Assembly: GCA_049975265.1 (NCBI GenBank)
Contig: JBNGDF010000012.1
Span: 11,082 to 75,081 of the forward strand
Source: Fidelibacterota bacterium
GTDB taxonomy: Bacteria > Fidelibacterota > UBA2242
DNA: 64,000 nucleotides
Direction of reading: 5' to 3'
Shown: piece by piece, positions 1 to 9,176 of the stretch
Numbering within the stretch: the stretch's first letter is position 1
How the letters are laid out: every line of letters begins with the position of its first letter
Notes under the pieces: model-generated
The model's database searches: none
Told to the model about the DNA's origin: nothing
Seen by the model: only the letters and a program-made list of their open reading frames with translations
Position numbers and translations under genes: made by a program

Positions 1-907
1 GCTTGATTTGCATGTATACGACAACATCTTCGCCGTTGGTCATGCCGCCCTCGATACCGCCAGCGTGATTGGTCTTGCGGAAAAATCTGCTCTTTTTTTG
101 AAAGTAAATCTCATCCTGTGCCGCCGAGCCCGGTTTGTTGGCGATATCACGGTCGCCGATAATTACCCCTTTGACTGACGGAATAGACATCAGCGCCGCG
201 GCAATTTTGGCGTCCAGACGCTCATCCCACCGGGTGTATGTGCCCAGCCCGGGGCAGACCCCTGCGGCGCGGATTTCCGCCACACCGCCCAAGGTATCGC
301 CCTTTTTCGCCGCTGCATCAATCCGCTCCAGCATGCGCTGCTCCTGCAGCGGGTCGGCGCAGCGCAGCGGGGATGTTTCTGTTTCTTCCGCTGTCCGCGT
401 TCTCTGGTCAATTTCAATATCGGCGATGGCGATTGTCTGCGACGATAAATGAATTCCAAATTCCCGGAGAAAAAGTTTCATCAGCGCGCCAGCAGCCACC
501 CGTGCGGCGGTCTCCCGGGCGCTGGCGCGCTCCAGAACATTGCGCACGTCCCGAAAACCGAATTTCTGTACACCCGCCAGATCAGCGTGCCCGGGACGCG
601 GCGCGGTCACCGGTTCGTCAACGGTCAGTTTTTCCACATTCATCCGCCCCTGCCAGTTGGCATAATCCCGGTTTTGGATCCAGAGGGCAATGGGTGACCC
701 GAGCGTTTGACCGTCACGGACACCGGATAAAATTTCCACCTCGTCGGCTTCGATCTGCATCCGTCCGCCGCGACCGTAGCCCTGCTGCCGCCTCCGGAGT
801 TCGGCATTGATAAAGGCAATATCCACCGGCAGTCCCGCCGGAAAGCCGTCAATAATGACGCTCAGCCCTTTTCCGTGCGATTCTCCGGCGCTGATCATTT
901 TAATCAT
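1..907 (-). CDS. aroC: Chorismate synthase (partial, runs off left edge)
   Basis: Not in ORF track. Manual translation gives MIKMISAGESHGKG...RRQQGYGRGGRM...PRPGHADL...ERASARETA. ATG at 907 overlaps the aroE stop. Confidence 0.95.
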   Translation of the reverse strand, partial: MIKMISAGESHGKGLSVIIDGFPAGLPVDIAFINAELRRRQQGYGRGGRMQIEADEVEILSGVRDGQTLGSPIALWIQNRDYANWQGRMNVEKLTVDEPVTAPRPGHADLAGVQKFGFRDVRNVLERASARETAARVAAGALMKLFLREFGIHLSSQTIAIADIEIDQRTRTAEETETSPLRCADPLQEQRMLERIDAAAKKGDTLGGVAEIRAAGVCPGLGTYTRWDERLDAKIAAALMSIPSVKGVIIGDRDIANKPGSAAQDEIYFQKKSRFFRKTNHAGGIEGGMTNGEDVVVYMQIK

Positions 908-1679
908 GATTCATTCCTAACGCTTTTTGCATGACACCCACCGGCGCTTTTTCACCGGTAAAAATCTCAAAGGCTTTGACGCCCTGATAGAGCAGCATTT
1001 CCAGTCCGTTTACGCAGCGAATTTCGCCGCACTGCCGTAGGGAAAATTTGTAATTCAGGTCCAGATACAACGAACCCCTTTGCATGAAAGGGGTTACGTC
1101 GTCCTGAAAATCAACCGGGCTGGCATTGATCACCATAGCAGTGTTATTGAGAGTGGTCTGAAGAGCATCGGTGGCGATGACCGTCGCCGTCTTGTAGTGC
1201 GACGCCAGCGCCTCCGCCTTGGACCTTTCAATGTCATGGAGATACAGTCGTTCGGGCTGGTACTGATTCAGCACCCAGGCGGCGGCTTTCGCTACTCCGC
1301 CGGCGCCGATCATGAGCACTTTTTTGCCACGCAGATCGATCCTGGTGTGTTCCAGCAAAATCCGGAAACCGTAGATGTCGGTATTGTATCCGGAGAGACC
1401 ATCCTCATCGAAGACGACCGTGTTGACGGCACCCACCTCCTGCGCTTCTTTAGCTATGCGATTGAGAAAGAGCAATACCGTTTCTTTGTGTGGGTTTGTA
1501 ACGTTTACTCCCCTGCAGCCGATTACCCGGAGGGCGTCCAGGACGTCCTTCAGCCGGGTCGGTTCCACAGGTATCCGGAGATAGGCGCCGTCAATTTTTT
1601 TCGCCTGAAATGCCGCATTATGCATGCGGGGCGAATAGGTCGTTTCCAGCGGATAGCCGATAATGCCGGTAATCAGCAC
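900..1679 (-). CDS. aroE: Shikimate dehydrogenase
   Basis: SPRMHN, GVNVTNPHKE, GAVNT, GYNTD, GAGG motifs; operon context. Confidence 0.95.
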   Translation of the reverse strand: MLITGIIGYPLETTYSPRMHNAAFQAKKIDGAYLRIPVEPTRLKDVLDALRVIGCRGVNVTNPHKETVLLFLNRIAKEAQEVGAVNTVVFDEDGLSGYNTDIYGFRILLEHTRIDLRGKKVLMIGAGGVAKAAAWVLNQYQPERLYLHDIERSKAEALASHYKTATVIATDALQTTLNNTAMVINASPVDFQDDVTPFMQRGSLYLDLNYKFSLRQCGEIRCVNGLEMLLYQGVKAFEIFTGEKAPVGVMQKALGMNHD

Positions 1680-1682
1680 ACT

Positions 1683-2786
1683 CTACTCCTTTCCTGAAAT
1701 TTCCTCTCTGTTTAACCACTCCTTTGACCTGCACATGCTCTGAACGAAACGCTCCGGTTGATCGTTCATAACACAATCTATAAGAGCTGTCATAGCCTGT
1801 TGCATCTGCTCGTAAAGCTCTTTTTTAAAGGGATTATATTTCTGAATTAAATAATAGAGCTCCGGGTTTTCATTGATTACACTGGAAGCCGTCGCCATTT
1901 GCGAGAGAAAGGTGGTGCTGGCAATGTCGCGCATCTCGCTGTAGCGGAATCCGCTCCCCGCCAGAATTTTCATATAGATAATATTGCTGATATGCGAGAG
2001 CCCCAGCACGTAGGAAATCGCCCGGTCATGGGTGTCCAGCGCCAGGTCGACACTTCGGGCGGCGGTGTCTCTGAAAAAGGCTTTCGCCCGGTTCAGCGCT
2101 TCCGAACTGCCGCAATTGCAGTAGCAGACCACCTTGTCCGAAAGGGTGCGCACACTCGGTCCGAACATGGGGTGAATACTGGTAATCAGGAGTCCCCGCT
2201 GCCGGGCTCGTTCGATCGCCTCCCGCAGATGACCCTTGATGCTGGCGATGTCGAATACCAGCCCCCGGAAATTCAGGTCTGCGATCCGCATGATCATTTC
2301 GGGCACCGCATCCAGCGATACGGCAATCACGGTGCAGCTGGCGCGCGCCAGCCCCTCTTCCAGCGTCGCCACCGCCTTAAATCCCGGTGCCGTCTCCACG
2401 ATATCATAGACCAGTACCTCGTGTCCCTGGGTCTCAAAAAAAGAGGCGAGCCAGTGCCCCATTTCACCGGCACCGCCTACAATCAGGATGGTTTCCTTGT
2501 CACCGCTGTAGGCGCTGTAATGCTGCCGTTCCTGTTGCGTCCGGGACTCGCCGATCAGCAGCTGCATGACCGCTTTGACAAAATCCGGCGACAGATTCAA
2601 GTCCCGGGCAACCGCCCCGGCATTTTCCATGACCGCTTTTTCCACCTGGTAGTTCAGGAGCGGTAGACCGGCGGCTTTTTTAATCTGCCCGATGGTATGA
2701 GTCAGTTCGAGACGCCTGCCCACCAGCCGGATAATCTCCCGGTCCACCCGGCGCACTTCGTCGCGCATCTCTTCCAGTTTTTCCAT
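1683..2786 (-). CDS. tyrA: Bifunctional chorismate mutase (AroQ) / prephenate dehydrogenase
   Basis: N-terminal LEEMRDEVRRVDREII AroQ helix, then IVGGAGEMG, DIASIK, SIHPMFGP. ATG 2786 follows GAGG; GTG 2798 is an alternative start. Confidence 0.88.
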   Translation of the reverse strand: MEKLEEMRDEVRRVDREIIRLVGRRLELTHTIGQIKKAAGLPLLNYQVEKAVMENAGAVARDLNLSPDFVKAVMQLLIGESRTQQERQHYSAYSGDKETILIVGGAGEMGHWLASFFETQGHEVLVYDIVETAPGFKAVATLEEGLARASCTVIAVSLDAVPEMIMRIADLNFRGLVFDIASIKGHLREAIERARQRGLLITSIHPMFGPSVRTLSDKVVCYCNCGSSEALNRAKAFFRDTAARSVDLALDTHDRAISYVLGLSHISNIIYMKILAGSGFRYSEMRDIASTTFLSQMATASSVINENPELYYLIQKYNPFKKELYEQMQQAMTALIDCVMNDQPERFVQSMCRSKEWLNREEISGKE

Positions 2787-2805
2787 AACCTCTTTCACTT
2801 GTCAT

Positions 2806-2844
2806 TAAAACCAAAACGCGGGTCTTTTCAGGCCCGCGGTTTTT
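2806..2844 (-). terminator. Attenuator terminator upstream of tyrA
   Basis: Minus strand AAAAACCGCGGGCCTGAAAAGACCCGCGTTTTGGTTTT: CGCGGG/CCCGCG stem plus U-rich tail. Confidence 0.8.
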
Positions 2845-2862
2845 ATTCTTTTTCTGATTTGC

Positions 2863-2961
2863 TTAATGGTTTCGAATCCGCGGACCTGGCTCAATTTGCC
2901 CATTAAAATAGTAATATGTGGTGTAATTCAGAGGCATATTGAGCAGTTCACGCTTCATCAT
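2863..2961 (-). CDS. Tyr/Phe-rich attenuator leader peptide (32 aa)
   Basis: MMKRELLNMPLNYTTYYYFNGQIEPGPRIRNH*. CAGGTCCGCGG within the ORF can pair with CCGCGGGCCTG of the terminator 5' arm. Confidence 0.85.
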   Translation of the reverse strand: MMKRELLNMPLNYTTYYYFNGQIEPGPRIRNH

Positions 2962-2967
2962 GCACCA

Positions 2968-2996
2968 AATATAGGATTGAAAATCCTTAGTGTAAA
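2968..2996 (-). promoter_or_regulatory. Sigma70-type promoter of the tyr leader
   Basis: TTTACA-17 nt-TATATT, ending 6 nt before the leader ATG. Confidence 0.65.
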
Positions 2997-3118
2997 GAAA
3001 ATTTTTTCAAGGAGCCGTTTTTTTACACCGGGATAATTATTACTCCCCGGATGCCCGAAACAGTAACCGGATGGAGTCCGGCTGCGATGCTACTGACCAC
3101 AGCCGGACTTTCCGGATG

Positions 3119-4486
3119 CTATTTCCCATTTAGCGGCAGATGATCGAGAGCCGCCCGGATTTTCTCTTCGGGATATTCGTAATCCTCCAGTTTTCCGGAC
3201 AGGTAGGCGTCGTAAGCCGCCATGTCCACATGCCCGTGACCGCTCAAGCCGATCAGGATCGTCTTCGACTCGCCAGCCTCTTTACATTTCAGCGCCTCAT
3301 CAATGGCGACCCGCACGGCATGGTCGGTTTCCGGTGCGCAGATGATCCCTTCGTTGCGGGCAAACTGCAGCCCGGCTTCGAAGGTTCCCAGCTGGTGCAC
3401 CGCGGTGGCTTCCACCAGCCCCAGCTTATGCAGATGCGTCACAATCGGCGCCATGCCGTGATAGCGCAACCCACCCGCATGTACCGGCGGCGGCATGAAT
3501 TCATGTCCCAGGGTGAACATTTTCAGCAGCGGTGTCATACCGGCTTCGTCACCGTAGTCATAAGCGTATAATCCCTTGGTCAGCGTCGGGCAGCTGGTGG
3601 GTTCCACATTGATAATCCGCAGGTCCGGTTTCTTACCGTCCAGTTTGTCCTTTAAAAAGGGCAGATAGAGTCCTGCGGCATTGGAGCCGCCGCCCACGCA
3701 GCCGACGATGATATCGGGGTAATCACCGATATCTTCCATCATGGTTTTGGTTTCCTGCCCTATAATCGTCTGGTGCAGCAGCACGTGATTCAGCACGCTG
3801 CCCAGTGAGTAATGGGTGTCATCCCGGGAAACCGCGTCCTCCACCGCCTCGCTGATTGCCAGACCGAGACTGCCGGGGCAATCCGGGTCCTCTGCCAGGA
3901 TTTTCCGTCCCACCGCCGTTTCATCACTGGGGCTGGGTATGCAATTGCCGCCCCAGGTCTCCATCATGATACGACGATAGGGCTTCTGGTAAAAGCTGCA
4001 TTTGACCATATAGACTTTGATTTCCAGCCCGAACAGCGCTCCGCCAAAGGATAGCGCGCTGCCCCACTGACCGGCGCCGGTCTCGGTGGTGATCCGCTTG
4101 ATGCCCTCTTTTTTATTGTAATATGCCTGAGCGACGGCGGTGTTGGGCTTGTGGCTGCCGGGCGGGCTGGTGCCTTCGTACTTGTAATAGATTTTTGCCG
4201 GGGTGTCCAGAGCCTTTTCCAGACGCCGGGCGCGGTAGAGTATCGTCGGACGCCATAGCCTGAATATATCCTGCAGCTCTTCGGGAATCTCAATATAGCG
4301 CTCGGAACTCATCTCCTGCCTGATCAGCTCCATGGGAAAGAGCGGTGCCAGATCTTCAGGTCCCAGTGGCTGTTTGGTGCCCGGATGCAGTGGCGGCGGC
4401 AGCGGCGCCGGCAGGTCTGGCAACACATTATACCAGTGTGTCGGCATTCGTTTTTCGTCCAAAATGTACTTCGTCTGTTCCATCAT
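3119..4486 (-). CDS. trpB2: Tryptophan synthase beta chain, TrpB2 type
   Basis: [21 protein letters not shown] (PLP lysine), [23 protein letters not shown]. Confidence 0.95.
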   Translation of the reverse strand: MMEQTKYILDEKRMPTHWYNVLPDLPAPLPPPLHPGTKQPLGPEDLAPLFPMELIRQEMSSERYIEIPEELQDIFRLWRPTILYRARRLEKALDTPAKIYYKYEGTSPPGSHKPNTAVAQAYYNKKEGIKRITTETGAGQWGSALSFGGALFGLEIKVYMVKCSFYQKPYRRIMMETWGGNCIPSPSDETAVGRKILAEDPDCPGSLGLAISEAVEDAVSRDDTHYSLGSVLNHVLLHQTIIGQETKTMMEDIGDYPDIIVGCVGGGSNAAGLYLPFLKDKLDGKKPDLRIINVEPTSCPTLTKGLYAYDYGDEAGMTPLLKMFTLGHEFMPPPVHAGGLRYHGMAPIVTHLHKLGLVEATAVHQLGTFEAGLQFARNEGIICAPETDHAVRVAIDEALKCKEAGESKTILIGLSGHGHVDMAAYDAYLSGKLEDYEYPEEKIRAALDHLPLNGK

Positions 4487-4530
4487 TCACTCCTCTGTTT
4501 AGATTTATGGATTTCCTCTGACTGTCATAT

Positions 4531-4564
4531 AACAAAAATCGCGGGCTTTTTCAGGTCCGCGATC
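4531..4564 (-). terminator. Attenuator terminator upstream of trpB2
   Basis: Minus strand GATCGCGGACCTGAAAAAGCCCGCGATTTTTGTT: ATCGCGG/CCGCGAT stem plus U tract. Confidence 0.82.
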
Positions 4565-4586
4565 TATTTTGCTATGGTTTTTTGAC

Positions 4587-4679
4587 TTACTGTCGATGCC
4601 CGATCGGCAAACCTGAAAAGATATCTGCCTGGTGCCACCACCAGTTCCAGGTATTGTTTATTGTCAGGTTCGCTCGCAT
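4587..4679 (-). CDS. trpL: Trp-rich attenuator leader peptide (30 aa)
   Basis: MRANLTINNTWNWWWHQADIFSGLPIGHRQ*. TTTTCAGGTTTGCCGATC in the ORF pairs with GATCGCGGACCTGAAAA of the terminator. Confidence 0.9.
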   Translation of the reverse strand: MRANLTINNTWNWWWHQADIFSGLPIGHRQ

Positions 4680-4732
4680 CGGCAGTTAATATAAACCGAA
4701 AATCCAAAAACACAAAAGAAAATTTCTTTTTC

Positions 4733-4799
4733 AAACCTTCGGAAGGTTTTCACAAGCCCCGCTCGTATCAAATCTCTTCCGTCAAAACTTCCGAAGGTT
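4733..4799. repeat. Two REP-like palindromes, ~52 bp apart
   Basis: AAACCTTCGGAAGGTTT at 4733 and AAAACTTCCGAAGGTT at 4784. Confidence 0.75.
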
Positions 4800-4925
4800 G
4801 TATAAAGAAAGTCTTGCATTTTTTCGGTTTTTTTACATATTTCATAAGGAGAAATCGACATAATTATTCCTTCCGGGAAAATTTGCAGGAAAAGGTTTTG
4901 TGAATTATTTAACGAGGGGGAGACA

Positions 4926-6974
4926 ATGAAAAGAACCACGTACATACTATTGGTAGCCGGACTGCTCATCGCAGTGAGCGGGATGGTGATGGGGCAGACA
5001 GAGTTGCTGGAAAATGGAGGTTTTGAATCCTGGGATGACACTTCAACACCAGCTGGCTGGGATCACATTGAAAGTATCACACAAGAAGCAACTGAAGTCA
5101 GATCTGGTTCTTATTCGGCAAAGCATGTAGGAGGAACCAAAGATTTAGGCCAATATATTGCTGTTACTGGAGGAAAATCATATACTGTTACTCTTTGGTA
5201 TAAGGTAACTGCAGGCGATGGTACTGACGCAAGAATTTGGTCATATTGGAGAAGTAGCGGTTCTAATCTGGATGATAATGCTAGTGAATTAAGAGGTCCA
5301 AATAATTCATATTTTGATAACAATGGTGGTGTCTGGACACAGTATACCGTTACATTGGATGCTCCGCTTTCCGCGGATGAATTTTATTTTGAGGTTAGAA
5401 CATATTCTGGTGCTACTGTTTACTGGGATGATTTTTCGTTTCTTGAAAATTCAGTATCTTCGGATCCAGAACCAACAAATCATGTCAGCAGCTTTTCAGC
5501 AAGTCTAAATGGCTATAGTGCCATTGACCTTACCTGGTTAGATAACGATGGGACGGATGTTGCTTTAGGATTTTTAATATTGGCAAACACAAGTGGTTCT
5601 TTTACTGATCCAGTTGATGGAACACCTCAAGCAGATGACACCGATCTTAGCGACGGTTCCGGAGTAAAAAATATTGCCCATGGTGTTCAATCATATACAT
5701 TTACCGGATTAACTGCAGAAACAACTTACTATTTCAAAATTTATCCCTATAGCAATGTGAGTGAAAATATTAATTATAAAACGGAAGGGGATGTTCCAAG
5801 TGCAAGCGCCACAACTGAAACACTTCCCAACGCCTGGATCAATGAGATCCATTATGATAATGATGGTAGCGATGTAAATGAGGGGGTTGAGATTATCATT
5901 GAAAATCCTGGTGATTACACGCTATCGTCTTTTACTGTCACATTATACAATGGAAATGGCGGAGCGTCTTATGGTTCAGAAACATTAGATAATTTTACCG
6001 TAGGAAACTCTCAAGGAGATTTTACAATTTATTATAATACTTCAGCATGGGGAAGTGGAATTCAAAATGGAGCTCCAGATGGTCTTGCATTATCCTATCA
6101 GGGACATTTAATTCAATTCCTGAGTTATGAAGGTACATTTACTGCTACCGATGGTCCGGCTAATGGCATTACTTCAACTGATATAGGTGTCAGCCAAAGT
6201 GGATCTGATCCTGTTGGTGAAACTCTCCAACTCATAGGCGGCGGTACACAATACTCAGATTTCACTTGGGGCAGTTCTACATACCCTGCAACCTGGGGCG
6301 CTCCGAATAATGATGGAAGTACCGATCAATCCCTCCCCGTCGAGCTGAATGGTTTCAATGCCGTTCCTGGCAACGGCGAGGTGACGCTCTCCTGGACCAC
6401 CGAATCCGAGACGGAAAACCTGGGATTTATCATTCAAAGGAGACAGGAAACAACCTGCCTGACTGCGCAGAGCGGTCAGGGAGAATGGAAACTGGTAGCG
6501 GACTATACGACCGATGAAACCTTAGCCGGGCAGGGCAGTACTTCCGAAGCCCATGAATATACATACACCGACGCGCAGGTTGTGCCGGGCGCAACTTATC
6601 TCTATCGCCTCGGCGATGTGGATTACAGCGGTAAGGTTACGTGGCATAAAGAGGTCGAGGTTAAGGTTGAGGTTGAGGATGAGCAGGTGCCAGTGGTTTT
6701 CAGCTTAAAACCGGCGTATCCGAATCCCTTTAATCCGGAAACCACGCTGCGCTTTCAGCTGGGCGAAGCCTCCCATGTTCGGGTTCAGGTGTATGATCTG
6801 CTGGGCAACCTGGTGACGACGCTGACCGATGGGCGCTATCAGGTCGGGCGCTACAACCTGCACTGGAACGGATGCGATGACCGGGGACGCCTGTCCTCCA
6901 GCGGAGTCTATTTCATTTATATCAGCAGCAGCACCGGTTTTACGAGTACGCAAAAGGTTGTCTTTCTGCGCTGA
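4926..6974 (+). CDS. Secreted modular protein (CBM-like, FN3-like, lamin-tail-like domains, C-terminal sorting domain)
   Basis: Signal peptide; LLENGGFESW; WINEIHYDNDG...GIQNGAPDGLAL; LPVEL...YPNPFNP C-terminus. Confidence 0.8.
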   Translation: MKRTTYILLVAGLLIAVSGMVMGQTELLENGGFESWDDTSTPAGWDHIESITQEATEVRSGSYSAKHVGGTKDLGQYIAVTGGKSYTVTLWYKVTAGDGTDARIWSYWRSSGSNLDDNASELRGPNNSYFDNNGGVWTQYTVTLDAPLSADEFYFEVRTYSGATVYWDDFSFLENSVSSDPEPTNHVSSFSASLNGYSAIDLTWLDNDGTDVALGFLILANTSGSFTDPVDGTPQADDTDLSDGSGVKNIAHGVQSYTFTGLTAETTYYFKIYPYSNVSENINYKTEGDVPSASATTETLPNAWINEIHYDNDGSDVNEGVEIIIENPGDYTLSSFTVTLYNGNGGASYGSETLDNFTVGNSQGDFTIYYNTSAWGSGIQNGAPDGLALSYQGHLIQFLSYEGTFTATDGPANGITSTDIGVSQSGSDPVGETLQLIGGGTQYSDFTWGSSTYPATWGAPNNDGSTDQSLPVELNGFNAVPGNGEVTLSWTTESETENLGFIIQRRQETTCLTAQSGQGEWKLVADYTTDETLAGQGSTSEAHEYTYTDAQVVPGATYLYRLGDVDYSGKVTWHKEVEVKVEVEDEQVPVVFSLKPAYPNPFNPETTLRFQLGEASHVRVQVYDLLGNLVTTLTDGRYQVGRYNLHWNGCDDRGRLSSSGVYFIYISSSTGFTSTQKVVFLR

Positions 6975-7023
6975 TTATTACGCCCGTTAGTCCCCCGGAT
7001 TTTCGGGGGTGACTATCCACAAC

Positions 7024-7052
7024 GCCCCCGGCTACATCCGGGGGTATTTTTT
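7024..7052 (+). terminator. Intrinsic terminator
   Basis: CCCCCGG-CTACAT-CCGGGGG followed by TATTTTTT; a second hairpin lies at 6990-7013. Confidence 0.75.
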
Positions 7053-7080
7053 ATGATACTAATGATCGTTTGTCCCTGAT

Positions 7081-7202
7081 AACCTTCCGAAGGTTTTTAC
7101 AAGAATTTTATACCAGTCTGAGCATCTCACTAAAACCTTCGGAAGGTTATAATAAGAATCCTGTTCTAGTCTGACCATTACACTAAAACCTTCGGAAGGT
7201 TT
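7081..7202. repeat. Three REP-like palindromes in a degenerate 53-bp tandem repeat
   Basis: AACCTTC(C/G)GAAGGTT at 7081, 7134 and 7187; the linkers resemble each other. Confidence 0.8.
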
Positions 7203-7288
7203 CCGTATCCTGTGACAAAAATCGTTTTATTCCAACAAAAATCGCCGTAAACTTCACTGTTGACATCTAAGAATATCCAAAGGGACTC

Positions 7289-9163
7289 ATGTCTATTAAA
7301 AAATTCCTCTCACTCAGCATCGGCATTCTGCTGCTTTTTACAATTGCCGCCGAGGCGCAGATACCCGACGGTTACTACGACGCCGCCGACGGCAAAACCG
7401 GCTCAGAGCTGAAGGCGGCGCTGAACACCATCGTAAACACGGGCTTGAATCGAGTTTCCTATGGCGATTCCAGAAATATCCTGGATAAAACCGATCAAGA
7501 CCCGGATAATCTTGATAATATCATTTTAGTATACCGGGGAACTTCCGTAAGTGGCGACTGGGACGAGGGAACAACATGGAATCGCGAACATGTCTGGCCA
7601 CAGTCTTTGCTCGGATTAGAAGATTTAAGGAATACAGATAAAAATGTCGGAACCGATCTTCATAATTTAAAACCCGCCAATCCCAGCGAAAACAGCAGTC
7701 GGAGTAATAAATATTATGACAATCAAACCACATCTGCCAGCTATGCTCCAAGAGATGCCGTAAAAGGCGATCTTGCCAGAATTTTATTTTACATGGTTAT
7801 TGCTTACGAAACATATCCTCTGGATCTGGAACTTGTCAATCACGAACCAAATCTATATCAAATGGCGATGCTTGATGTTCTACTTGAATGGCATGAACAG
7901 GACCCTGTGGATTCTTTTGAGGAAAACAGAAACGAAATTATCTATAGTTATCAGCACAACCGCAATCCCTTCATTGATCATCCCGAATATGTCGCCCTGA
8001 TCTGGTCCGAAAATCCACCGCCGCAGCCGCCATCCGACCTGGTTGCACTGGATGCTGCGCAAACCTCGCTGCTACTCCGCTGGACCGACAACTCCGCCGA
8101 GGAGAATGGCTTTATTATCTATCAGAACAGTGTCAGGATCGACAGCGTCGCCGCCGATTCCACCAGCTACCAGGTGATAAATCTGCTGCCCGGCACCCTC
8201 TACTGCTTCGCCGTCACCGCCTATAATAATTACGGCGAATCCGCCGCCGCCGTTCTGGAAGTCACTACCCTGCCCGGCGATTCGAGCCAGACGACCCCCG
8301 ATTCACTCTTTTTCTCCGAATATATCGAGGGCAACGGTTTCAATAAAGCCTTGGAAATTTATAACGCATCCGGTCGTTCTGTAAACCTCTCCGGCTATTC
8401 CATTCTGGCTAATTCCAACAACAGTCCCTGGTACCAGACTCATTACAGCTTTCCCGCCGGGGCGGTCCTGGAACCCGGCTCCGTCTGGGTCATCATGAAC
8501 TCCGGTTTCGATTCGACGTATCACTCAGTCGCCGACGAGCTGACTTCCGCCACCGTTGTTAATTTCAACGGCAATGATGTCCGCGCTTTGGTAAAATTCA
8601 ATGCCGCCGATACGACCTTCCTTGATGTGATCGGCGTCTATGGCGATACCGCTGAAGTCGCCGCCTGGTCGGTCGCCGGAATCACCGGTGCCACCGAGAA
8701 TCATACCCTGGTTCGCAAACCATCGGTCAAGTGTGGCAATCCCGACTGGTACAGCAGCGCCGGAACGGATTCCCTTGATTCCGAATGGCTTGTCTATGCC
8801 GGCGACACCTTCGATTTCCTCGGCTATCATACTGTTGATACGGTCAGCGCTATCGATATTTGTAATGTGGCGCCTGCCGTCGAATATTTTCGGCTCTACA
8901 GCTGCTACCCCAATCCCTTTAACCCCACGACGAAAATCCGCTATGATCTCGAAACGATCGCTACCGTGACGCTGCAGATTTTCGATCTGCGCGGAGTCCT
9001 GGTCAAGACCCTTGTCCACACCCGGCAGCAACCGGGACACTACCGGGTAGCCTGGGACGCCCGGGATCAGCAGCAGCGCAGCGTTCCGGCGGGTGTCTAT
9101 CTCTACCGGTTGCAGACCGCCGACGGCTTTGGGCAGACCGGCAAAATGATGTACCTGAAATAA
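7289..9163 (+). CDS. Secreted endonuclease I family nuclease with FN3, lamin-tail and C-terminal sorting domains
   Basis: WNREHVWPQS, DLHNLKP, KGDLAR, HNRNPFIDHP; LFFSEYIEG; YPNPFNP. Confidence 0.88.
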   Translation: MSIKKFLSLSIGILLLFTIAAEAQIPDGYYDAADGKTGSELKAALNTIVNTGLNRVSYGDSRNILDKTDQDPDNLDNIILVYRGTSVSGDWDEGTTWNREHVWPQSLLGLEDLRNTDKNVGTDLHNLKPANPSENSSRSNKYYDNQTTSASYAPRDAVKGDLARILFYMVIAYETYPLDLELVNHEPNLYQMAMLDVLLEWHEQDPVDSFEENRNEIIYSYQHNRNPFIDHPEYVALIWSENPPPQPPSDLVALDAAQTSLLLRWTDNSAEENGFIIYQNSVRIDSVAADSTSYQVINLLPGTLYCFAVTAYNNYGESAAAVLEVTTLPGDSSQTTPDSLFFSEYIEGNGFNKALEIYNASGRSVNLSGYSILANSNNSPWYQTHYSFPAGAVLEPGSVWVIMNSGFDSTYHSVADELTSATVVNFNGNDVRALVKFNAADTTFLDVIGVYGDTAEVAAWSVAGITGATENHTLVRKPSVKCGNPDWYSSAGTDSLDSEWLVYAGDTFDFLGYHTVDTVSAIDICNVAPAVEYFRLYSCYPNPFNPTTKIRYDLETIATVTLQIFDLRGVLVKTLVHTRQQPGHYRVAWDARDQQQRSVPAGVYLYRLQTADGFGQTGKMMYLK

Positions 9164-9176
9164 AGGAGAGCCCCGC

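Noticed and set aside
7081..7202. Mini-CRISPR array
   Set aside because: The repeat is only ~15-17 bp, the linkers are homologous to each other rather than unique spacers, and no cas genes are present.
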